From positions 1 to 24,000 of the forward strand of contig JAMOTQ010000014.1 of assembly GCA_027068365.1 (NCBI GenBank): a DNA stretch of 24,000 nucleotides, in the 5' to 3' direction. Under the pieces are notes generated by a model. It was not told where the DNA came from. It saw only the letters and a program-made list of their open reading frames with translations, and did not search any database. The position numbers and the translations under genes are program-made. Of the stretch, positions 7,441 to 15,355 are shown piece after piece (within the stretch, counting starts at the first letter, position 1; every line of letters begins with the position of its first letter). This DNA comes from Methanocaldococcus sp. (GTDB lineage Archaea; AGJL01; Methanococci; Methanococcales; Methanocaldococcaceae).

Positions 7441-7494
7441 CTCAGTTAAAATAAGATAATACATATAGGAGTATAAAAACTTTTCGGTGACATT

Positions 7495-7872
7495 ATGTCT
7501 AAGAGCATTGAAGATTACTTAGAAAAAATTTATTTATTTACTAAAAAAAATAATAGACCAATAAAAACAACAGAATTGGCTAAATTATTAGATATAAAAC
7601 CATCAGCAGTAACAAACATGGCAAAAAAACTCCAAGAGTTGGGATATGTTAATTATGAGCCATATGTTGGAATAACTTTAACTGAGAAAGGAGAAGAAAA
7701 AGCTAAAAAAGTTTGGGATAAGCATAAAACAATTAAAATGTTTTTAGTTGAATGTTTGGAATTGGATGAAAAAACTGCCTCTGAGGAAGCTTGTAGATTA
7801 GAACACGTATTATCAAATGGAACATTAGAGAGATTAAAGATTTTCATGGAGAAATTAAAAGATAAAGTTTAA
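7495..7872 (+). CDS. DtxR/MntR-family metal-dependent transcriptional regulator (two-domain form, no SH3 domain)
   Basis: 125 aa. The N-terminal SIEDYLEKIY...TTELAKLL...PSAVTNMAKKL winged-HTH is typical of the family. GGTGA lies 5 nt upstream. Divergent from feoAB. MJ0568 from memory. Confidence 0.88.
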   Translation: MSKSIEDYLEKIYLFTKKNNRPIKTTELAKLLDIKPSAVTNMAKKLQELGYVNYEPYVGITLTEKGEEKAKKVWDKHKTIKMFLVECLELDEKTASEEACRLEHVLSNGTLERLKIFMEKLKDKV

Positions 7873-8756
7873 TTTTTTAATTTTAACCCAATTTTCTTCC
7901 CCAATTCAACTGCCTTATCAATCTCATCAATCCCACACTCTATTTCCCCAGATGCCTCTTTTAACTCATCATTTATAACAACCCCTGCTTTTAATTTTAA
8001 TAACTCATTTTTTCCATCATAAAATGCCAAAGCTCCAAATGGAACGCTACAACCTCCTCCAAACTCATTTAATGCAGTCCTCTCACATAAACTCTCTAAG
8101 TATGTCTTTTTATGATTAATATTTTTTAATATTTCCTTCATTTTTTTATCATCCCTTCTACAAGCAACTGCTATAATTCCCTGAGCAGGCGCTGGAAGGA
8201 TATTTAACCTCTTATATCTAAAATAATCATCTAAATTAATCCCCAACCTTATTATTCCCGCCTCAGATAAAACAATGGCATCATAAAAACCTTCCCTCAA
8301 CTTTCTTAACCTTGTATCTACATTCCCCCTCAATAGTTCAAATTTTGCATTTGGGTAGATAAACTTTAAAAAAGCCCTTCTTCTTAAACTTGAAGTGCCT
8401 ATAACTACCTCACTATCTTCATCAAAATCAATATCTTTACCTTTATTCCAAATTAATAAATCATAATAACTATCCCTTTCCAAAACAGCACCAACCATTA
8501 AGTTTTCATTCCAAATAGTTGGAATATCCTTTAAACTATGAACCGCTATATCAATCTCGTTATTTAGCATAGCCAAATCCAATTCTTTTGTAAATACACC
8601 AATGCCAATATCTGAAAGCTTTTTATTTAAAACTCTATCCCCAGTAGTTTTAATTATTTTTATCTCAACATCATAACCAAGATTTTTTAACATCTCAGCT
8701 ACTTTATTTGCTTGATACAACGCTAATTTACTCCCTCTTGTTCCTATCCTAATCAT
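7869..8756 (-). CDS. hemC: Porphobilinogen deaminase (hydroxymethylbilane synthase)
   Basis: MIRIGTRGSKLALYQ N-terminus and overall HemC-like sequence. Start taken at ATG 8756; the track start at 8774 is a TTG with no SD. Its stop overlaps the convergent regulator stop within TTAA. Confidence 0.92.
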   Translation of the reverse strand: MIRIGTRGSKLALYQANKVAEMLKNLGYDVEIKIIKTTGDRVLNKKLSDIGIGVFTKELDLAMLNNEIDIAVHSLKDIPTIWNENLMVGAVLERDSYYDLLIWNKGKDIDFDEDSEVVIGTSSLRRRAFLKFIYPNAKFELLRGNVDTRLRKLREGFYDAIVLSEAGIIRLGINLDDYFRYKRLNILPAPAQGIIAVACRRDDKKMKEILKNINHKKTYLESLCERTALNEFGGGCSVPFGALAFYDGKNELLKLKAGVVINDELKEASGEIECGIDEIDKAVELGKKIGLKLKN

Positions 8757-8760
8757 AATA

Positions 8761-9432
8761 TCATTCCTTATCAACTAATTTTGCCTTTTTTATATTATAA
8801 ACTCCCCATATCTCATGCCATTCAACCTCTGCCTCAACAACTTCTATCCTCTTTTTAAACACCGGGGAGTCAAAAACGAATGTTTCCGCCTCCCCTCCTT
8901 CAAACGCCTTATTTATACCATACTTTTCACAAATATTTAATAATTTATCTATATTATCTTTTGTTATTCTTTTTCCCAACCACTCTTTTCCTAAGCCATA
9001 GGCATAAACTCCTACAATTCTCACGTCAAAAAGAGAACTTGCAGTTCTTAAAACCCATTCAGCATCTTTATGCCACAATGGAGAGAAAGATTTTAATCCA
9101 AGCTCTTTACATATTCTTTCAATCCTTGATTTTTGATAAACGCTCGCAATAGCTCCCGAAACAATTCCCTCAACATCCAACTTTTCAATTCCTTTTTTTA
9201 AGTCCTCCACTTCCTTCTCTTTCTCCCCTTTGGTGTATATTTTTATTAATGGGATATCCACTGCCTTAGAGCAAAGTTCAGTTAAATGCACATTTGGAAT
9301 GTGAAACATATAACTTTCTTTATTTTCACTTTCAACATTTACAAGGTATTTTACATCAAAACCTTCTTTTAACGCCCAGTATAATGCATAATTTGAATCC
9401 TTACCCCCAGAATATAAAACGGCAACTTTCAT
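8761..9432 (-). CDS. PP-loop N-type ATP pyrophosphatase, diphthine-ammonia ligase (Dph6-like)
   Basis: 223 aa with the SGGKDS PP-loop at residues 8-13. Resembles MJ0570 from memory. Confidence 0.8.
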   Translation of the reverse strand: MKVAVLYSGGKDSNYALYWALKEGFDVKYLVNVESENKESYMFHIPNVHLTELCSKAVDIPLIKIYTKGEKEKEVEDLKKGIEKLDVEGIVSGAIASVYQKSRIERICKELGLKSFSPLWHKDAEWVLRTASSLFDVRIVGVYAYGLGKEWLGKRITKDNIDKLLNICEKYGINKAFEGGEAETFVFDSPVFKKRIEVVEAEVEWHEIWGVYNIKKAKLVDKE

Positions 9433-9549
9433 ATAATCACCATAACATTATAGCAACTTTAAAAAATATATAGTTTTAAACTTAGATTTTATTATCAACT
9501 TTTAGAGTTAGAACTTTATCTCGTTAGATATAATTTAAAATTAGAAAAA

Positions 9550-9880
9550 CCATTTTAAAATTCGATATACTTCTTTTTAAGCTTTTTTATCAAATTTCTA
9601 AGGGTAGAGTATTTTAATGATTTTATTTATTTAGATGCGTTAAATTATTGGGATTTTTAAAAGATTTTAATTAAATGCTTTCAGTTGATAATTTCCACAA
9701 CAATTAATTTTTATTTTGAAAATTAGAGGTTTTAAAGTTCTTTTTGTAATTGTAGAGAAAAGTTTAAATATTTGTGAGGGTATATAAATAAAGGTAGTTA
9801 TCTACCCTTCGACAGAAATGGTATAGAAAAGCTTAAATATTAGAAGTGAATAAAATAACAATATCTCGAATAATTACCCT
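9550..9880 (+). promoter_or_regulatory. CRISPR leader 2 (long repeat); left boundary approximate
   Basis: Homolog of leader 1, with the same TATATAAATA (9781-9790) and AAGCTTAAATATTAG boxes at the same offsets from repeat 1. Confidence 0.85.
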
Positions 9881-11455
9881 GTTAAAATCAGACCGTTTCG
9901 GTATGGAAATTATACAAACAAAACTAATTACTAAAAACGAGTGGCAGTTAAAATCAGACCGTTTCGGTATGGAAATAATGATATGAAGGATTTTATGAAT
10001 GATGCTTTGAGTCAAATGCCTGTTAAAATCAGACCGTTTCGGTATGGAAATTACGTGGTTTTTAAGTTAGGATAATTGACTAATAAGTTAAAATCAGACC
10101 GTTTCGGTATGGAAATCTTTATTTTTTTATCTTCTTTAAGTTATTTTTTATCGTGTTAAAATCAGACCGTTTCGGTATGGAAATTGGTTTTTATTAGTTG
10201 ATTGTATAGTTCTTTTGCATCATTAGTTAAAATCAGACCGTTTCGGTATGGAAATTTGGAACATAAAAAATTAGTTTTAGATGCTTATAAGGAGTTAAAA
10301 TCAGACAGTTTCGGTATGGAAATTTATAAAATAATATCTTTTTTAATCACAAACTATTTTGAGTGTTAAAATCAGACCGTTTCGGTATGGAAATACTCTA
10401 ATTTTTGGAATTTGATACAATTGCCTCCAGATGTTAAAATCAGACCGTTTCGGTATGGAAATACTCACCGAACTAAAAGACCAATACATAACAGAATTAG
10501 GTTAAAATCAGACCGTTTCGGTATGGAAATTTTATAATTACATAAAAACTATGCTCGATATTCCATTCGTTAAAATCAGACCGTTTCGGTATGGAAATAC
10601 ATTAGAAGAAATTTGTGGATGTCAAGTTTGGGATGTTAAAATCAGACCGTTTCGGTATGGAAATTACTTGATAATGCAAAATCAACCAACTCCATAAAAC
10701 CGTTAAAATCAGACCGTTTCGGTATGGAAATTTTTGTAAAATCTTAGCTAATTTATTTTTACACATTTCGTTAAAATCAGACCGTTTCGGTATGGAAATA
10801 TCGGCATAGAATCCACAATCAAAGCAATACATTAGCCTCGAGTTAAAATCAGACCGTTTCGGTATGGAAATAATTTTCAAAATGGATAGGAAATTTAATC
10901 ATAAAATTTGTTAAAATCAGACCGTTTCGGTATGGAAATAAAATTTCAGAAGTTTTAGAACAATATGCAACTATTGAAGAGTTAAAATCAGACCGTTTCG
11001 GTATGGAAATTACTGGAAGGTTTATACAATGATAGTTACAGTATTATTATCTTTGTTAAAATCAGACCGTTTCGGTATGGAAATTAGTTTGTGGCAGAAT
11101 ACTTTAAATCTTGCGTTAATTGGTTAAAATCAGACCGTTTCGGTATGGAAATATAAATATTGATTATTTAATAAGAAATAATCAAGAAAGTTAAAATCAG
11201 ACCGTTTCGGTATGGAAATCACAAAATACTAAGGAAGAATATGAGGTTTTGAATGGAGTTAAAATCAGACCGTTTCGGTATGGAAATTAGCTTCCAATAC
11301 TGCCTGGTGAGCATCTTTCTTTAATGTTAAAATCAGACCTCTCGGAGGTTAAAACTTAGACATTAATTGGGGATGAAAGCCCCAACTTAATGGATGTGGG
11401 GTATACCAATAGGGGGTCTCCCCCTATGGAATTCAGACCGTTTCGGTATGGAAAT
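9881..11455 (+). CRISPR. CRISPR array 2: 21 full repeats, 21 unique spacers, plus a 22nd repeat split by a 93-bp module
   Basis: Repeat GTTAAAATCAGACCGTTTCGGTATGGAAAT. Repeat starts: 9881, 9947, 10022, 10087, 10155, 10226, 10294, 10365, 10433, 10501, 10569, 10635, 10702, 10770, 10842, 10910, 10981, 11055, 11123, 11190, 11258, and 11326 (split). Spacers are 35-45 nt. Repeat 7 carries C to A at 10307. No spacer is shared with array 1. Confidence 0.97.
11340..11432 (+). repeat. Array-2 terminal GC-rich two-hairpin module inside the last repeat
   Basis: Located between the repeat 5' part (11326-11339) and TCAGACC plus the repeat 3' part (11433-11455). Stems at 11361-11392 (13 bp with one bulge) and 11409-11427 (8 bp). 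Confidence 0.8.
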
Positions 11456-11479
11456 AAAAGTTGTTATCTTATAATATGC

Positions 11480-11485
11480 TTTTTT
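11480..11485 (+). terminator. Oligo-T tract downstream of array 2
   Basis: T6 run 25 nt after the last repeat fragment. A second run TTTGTTT follows. Confidence 0.3.
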
Positions 11486-11528
11486 ATGATTTGTTTAAAA
11501 AATTACTTAAAAAAAGAAAAAGTGAATT

Positions 11529-12719
11529 TTAAAACTTTTTAAACATATTCTCAATGATTCTTGCATACGCAGGTCTTGTTATAAATATTCCTATTAAAAC
11601 CCCTGCTATTGTAGTTATTGCAAATCCTTTTAACATTCCAACCCCAAGCACAAATAAAGGCAACATAGCGGCAATAGATGTTGATGCTGAGGCAAATATT
11701 ATAAAGAAAGCTCTTTTAATACTTGCTCTTATTTTTCCAGCTCCTTTCTTTAAAGCTTCATCAGTTATAACTATTTGGTTATCCACTCCCGTCCCAACTG
11801 CGGCAATAATCCCAGCTATTGAAGGTAAATCCAATTTCCAACTTATTAAAGATGCGAAGCCCAATATAATGATAATTTCTGATAAGCAGGTTATTAAAAT
11901 TGGTAGTGCTATCTTTGGCTGTTTGTATCTTACACTGACAATTATTCCAACAGCAACAAATGCCAATAATAAAGCAATGGCAGTTCCTTTTAAGAATTCC
12001 TTACCAAATTCTGGGGATACAGTTGAGATATATTCGATATTCAGTTTTACAGGTAAAGCTCCGGATTTTAGAGCTGAATAAATAGCCATTGCCTCATCAA
12101 TTTCCTCTTTTGTTGGAGGGTAGCCACCAACGGTAATAACCTGTTTTGGATGAGGTCTTCCATCTGCTAAGTCAGGGGATAAGACAGGAGCTGAGATTAG
12201 CTTTCCATCCATATACAACTCAACTTTATGATATGCCTTTCCCTTAGCAACTTCGGCAAATTTCTTAGCTCCTTCTAATGTTAATTCAAAAGGAACACCA
12301 TAAGCCCAGTTATCTCCTTGTGGAATCTTTGTTGGGGGTTCAACAGATTTAACATCTTTTCCAGTATAAGCGGTTATATTATCAATTTTTGCTTCAAAGA
12401 CCCCCTGTTCCATTAGAACTTTTTTTATTCTATCAACGTCGCAACTCTTAGGAATCATAACAACAATTTCATCATTTCCTCTTGGATAAACGGTTATATC
12501 GCTTAAACCATTTGCATTTAACCTCTTTTCAATAATATCAACAGTTAATTGTATCTCCTCATCAGTCATTGGTCGCTCTGCTTTTAAGACAATAACTGTC
12601 CCTCCACTTAAATCAATCCCATAATCAAGCCCTTTAAATACGATTAAAAGCACAGATAAAGTAACGAATAATATTAATAGTAGTATTCTTTTATCTTTTA
12701 GTAATTTTGATATTTCCAT
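11529..12719 (-). CDS. secD: Protein-export membrane protein SecD
   Basis: 396 aa. N-terminal TM helix followed by GIDLSGGT, a periplasmic-type domain, and a C-terminal six-helix region with VGTGVDNQIVITDE. GGTGA lies 5 nt upstream. Confidence 0.82.
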   Translation of the reverse strand: MEISKLLKDKRILLLILFVTLSVLLIVFKGLDYGIDLSGGTVIVLKAERPMTDEEIQLTVDIIEKRLNANGLSDITVYPRGNDEIVVMIPKSCDVDRIKKVLMEQGVFEAKIDNITAYTGKDVKSVEPPTKIPQGDNWAYGVPFELTLEGAKKFAEVAKGKAYHKVELYMDGKLISAPVLSPDLADGRPHPKQVITVGGYPPTKEEIDEAMAIYSALKSGALPVKLNIEYISTVSPEFGKEFLKGTAIALLLAFVAVGIIVSVRYKQPKIALPILITCLSEIIIILGFASLISWKLDLPSIAGIIAAVGTGVDNQIVITDEALKKGAGKIRASIKRAFFIIFASASTSIAAMLPLFVLGVGMLKGFAITTIAGVLIGIFITRPAYARIIENMFKKF

Positions 12720-12780
12720 CTATCTCACCTAATCCATAAGTTTAGCAAATTTTAACAAAAATCCTTTAAAATTTACAAAG

Positions 12781-12832
12781 ATTTGTGGTGATTAATATGG
12801 ATTTTGATATAACTATTATTGGCTATATTGCC
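12781..12832 (+). pseudogene. Duplicated 5' fragment (SD, ATG and 12 codons) of the SemiSWEET gene
   Basis: 52 nt that are near-identical to 12911-12962 (two single-nucleotide indels and three substitutions by eye). The ATG at 12797 opens a 24-codon frame that runs into the hairpin element and stops at TGA 12869-12871. Confidence 0.7.
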
Positions 12833-12910
12833 ATAGGGCTTCGCCCTATTGGGATACCCAGGATGCGTTGATTAGCTAAAAGCTAATCAACGTCTCTTAG
12901 TAAAATCTAT
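12833..12910 (+). repeat. GC-rich palindromic hairpin element (head plus 12-bp-stem hairpin plus TAGTAAAATCT tail)
   Basis: ATAGGGC-TTCG-GCCCTAT (12833-12849), TGGGATACC, CGTTGATTAGCT-AAA-AGCTAATCAACG (12866-12892), tail TCTCTTAGTAAAATCTAT. Same family as 17768-17820, 21890-21970 and 4488-4520. Confidence 0.75.
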
Positions 12911-12926
12911 ATTTGGGTGATTAATA

Positions 12927-13208
12927 ATGGATTTTGATATAACTATTATTGGCTACATTGCTGGAACTTTAACAACGTTTGCATCTCTCCCTCAATTAAT
13001 AAAGTCATTGAAAGAGAAGGATATGAGCAACATATCATTAGCTTTTGTTATAACATTCACAACTGGACTAACACTCTGGCTAATATATGGGATATTAAAG
13101 AATGATTACCCCATAATAGTATTTAATATTTTGTCTTTAATGTTTTGGATTCCAATAACTTATTTAAAGGTTAGGGAGGAGATTGTAAGGAGGAAGAAAA
13201 TTTTATGA
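12927..13208 (+). CDS. SemiSWEET / PQ-loop (MtN3 family) three-helix membrane transporter
   Basis: 93 aa with three hydrophobic helices and an LPQ motif in the first helix (TTFASLPQLIKSL). GGTGA lies 6 nt upstream. Confidence 0.72.
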   Translation: MDFDITIIGYIAGTLTTFASLPQLIKSLKEKDMSNISLAFVITFTTGLTLWLIYGILKNDYPIIVFNILSLMFWIPITYLKVREEIVRRKKIL

Positions 13209-13217
13209 GATGAGAAA

Positions 13218-13976
13218 ATGAAATGGGATGAGATTGGGAAAAAGATTGCAAGAGAGATTGAAAAAGAAATTTTACCATATTTTGGAAGAAAGGATAAATC
13301 TTATGTTGTTGGAAAATCACCAAGTGGTGATGAAACAGAAATTTTTGACAAAATAAGCGAAGATATTGCTTTAAAACATTTAAAGCTATTTAATGTTAAT
13401 ATTGTGAGTGAGGAGTTGGGAATTATTGATAATGGTAGTGAATGGACTGTTGTTATAGACCCTGTTGATGGTTCATTTAATTTTATAAATGGGATTCCAT
13501 TTTTTGCATTTTGCTTTGGAGTATTTAAAAATAACAAGCCACATTATGGATTAACCTATGAATTTTTAACTAAAAGGTTTTTTGAAGCATACTCTGGGAG
13601 AGGGGCTTATTTAAATGGAAAAAAGATTAAAGTTAAGGATTTTAATCCAAAAGATATAACTATAAGCTATTATCCAGATAAAAAAATAGATTTGGAAAAA
13701 TTGAGGAATAGGGTTAAAAGAGTGAGGATATTTGGAGCTTTTGGTTTAGAGATGTGTTATGTAGCTAAGGGGGTTTTAGATGCTGTTTTTGATGTGAGAC
13801 CAAAAGTTAGGGCTGTTGATATCTCTTCCTCCTATATCATTTGCAGGGAGGCAGGGGCTTTAATAACAGACAATAATGGAGAAGAGCTGAAATTTGAGCT
13901 GAATGCAACAGACAGGTTAAAGATTGTTGTAGCAAATAGTAAGGAGATGTTAAATTTAATTTTAGACCTTCTATAA
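13218..13976 (+). CDS. suhB: Inositol monophosphatase / fructose-1,6-bisphosphatase family protein
   Basis: 252 aa with motifs VSEE and WTVVIDPVDGSFNF. Resembles the bifunctional MJ0109 enzyme from memory. Confidence 0.88.
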   Translation: MKWDEIGKKIAREIEKEILPYFGRKDKSYVVGKSPSGDETEIFDKISEDIALKHLKLFNVNIVSEELGIIDNGSEWTVVIDPVDGSFNFINGIPFFAFCFGVFKNNKPHYGLTYEFLTKRFFEAYSGRGAYLNGKKIKVKDFNPKDITISYYPDKKIDLEKLRNRVKRVRIFGAFGLEMCYVAKGVLDAVFDVRPKVRAVDISSSYIICREAGALITDNNGEELKFELNATDRLKIVVANSKEMLNLILDLL

Positions 13977-14020
13977 GTTTTTAAAGATTTTATCGCAAAT
14001 AATATCAAAAATTAAAAAAA

Positions 14021-15355
14021 TTAAATGCTCTCAACTTTTATAGTGTTTGTTTTCTTTTGACCTATTGGATGACCTAATGTTATTAAATAAATCCCCTTTC
14101 CAATTTCTTTTTTAGCTATACTTTTAGATGTGTTAATTATACTCTCCACATCATTAAACTCCTTCATTAAACAGCTTTCAACTCCCCAGACCAACCTCAA
14201 CCTTTTTAAAGTTTTTATATTTGGTGTTGGAGCAATTATTTTACTACCTATTCTTAATTTTGATATCAATTTTGCAGTTCTTCCAGAGTAGGTTGGAGTT
14301 ATAACCAACTTGACATTTAATTTTTTATATAACTCATAAACGGCATAAACTAAACCCTCATCAATACTCTTAACTCCTAAACAAACTTTGTCTCCAAACT
14401 CCTCATAATGTTTATCTGCTACCTCTGCAACTTTATTTAAAACTTTTATTGCCTCTATTGGATATTTTCCAATAGTTGTTTCGTTGGAGAGCATTAAACA
14501 GTCAGTTCCATCGTATATGGCATTGGCTATATCGGTAATCTCAGCCCTCGTTGGATATGGATTATTTACCATAGAGTCCAATATTTGCGTGGCTGTTATT
14601 GACAAAATTCCATATTTATTGGCTGTTCTCAATATATTCTTTTGTTCAATTGGAATGTTTTCAATTGGAATCTCAACACCCAAATCTCCCCTCGCCACCA
14701 TCACCCCATCACTTTCTCTTGCTATCTCTTTTATATTTTTTAATCCTTCTTTTGTCTCTATTTTTGATATAACTTCACAATCTCCATTATATTCATTTAT
14801 AATGTCCTTCAACTCTTTAACATCCTCTTTATTCCTAACAAAAGATAGGGCAATATATTCAAAATCATTATTTACAGCAAATTTTATATTTTTTAAGTCA
14901 GTTTCATCAATTATTGGAAGTTCTATCTTTGTATCTGGGAGATTAACTCCCATCCCCTCTTTAACTTCTCCACCAACCTCTACAACGGCTATAATCTTGT
15001 CTCCCTTATTTTTTACAACCCTCAGCTTAATCTTTCCATCATTGATTAAAATAAAATGCCCCTCTTCAATTGTGCCTATGTTATAATTAAACTTTATATC
15101 CTCTCCAATAACAACCTTGTCCCCCACCTTCAATATTTTATTTTTTAATTTAACCTCTTTAATCCTTATTTTTATTCCCTTCAAATCCATAACTTTGGCA
15201 ATGTTATTTTTTTCCAAAATATTTAAAAATCTCTTGCAATAATCTGTTGTAGCGTGTGACATGTTAAACCTAACTCCATCTATTAAATTTATTGCTTTAT
15301 CTAATTTATCCTCTAATGAGGGACCTAATGTAACTAAAATTTTAGTTTTTCTCAT
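14021..15355 (-). CDS. pyk: Pyruvate kinase
   Basis: MRKTKILVTLGPS, NMSHA, ISKIET and MVARGDLGVEIP motifs. Start at ATG 15355, overlapping the upstream stop within TAATG. The track start at 15367 is a non-ATG extension. Confidence 0.92.
   Translation of the reverse strand: MRKTKILVTLGPSLEDKLDKAINLIDGVRFNMSHATTDYCKRFLNILEKNNIAKVMDLKGIKIRIKEVKLKNKILKVGDKVVIGEDIKFNYNIGTIEEGHFILINDGKIKLRVVKNKGDKIIAVVEVGGEVKEGMGVNLPDTKIELPIIDETDLKNIKFAVNNDFEYIALSFVRNKEDVKELKDIINEYNGDCEVISKIETKEGLKNIKEIARESDGVMVARGDLGVEIPIENIPIEQKNILRTANKYGILSITATQILDSMVNNPYPTRAEITDIANAIYDGTDCLMLSNETTIGKYPIEAIKVLNKVAEVADKHYEEFGDKVCLGVKSIDEGLVYAVYELYKKLNVKLVITPTYSGRTAKLISKLRIGSKIIAPTPNIKTLKRLRLVWGVESCLMKEFNDVESIINTSKSIAKKEIGKGIYLITLGHPIGQKKTNTIKVESI

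Noticed and set aside
9833-10880. Track ORFs 9833-10015 and 10602-10880 on the minus strand
   Set aside because: These read through CRISPR array 2 in antisense (the recurring ISIPKRSDFN is the repeat). They are not genes.
3462-11325. Self-targeting spacers or spacers shared between the two arrays
   Set aside because: By eye, no spacer of one array recurs in the other, and none matches the hairpin elements or nearby genes. A real search against the whole genome and viral databases is needed, so this is unverified rather than excluded.
11554-12081. 175-aa plus-strand ORF inside secD
   Set aside because: It is antisense to the SecD membrane domain and has hydrophobic mirror-image composition.
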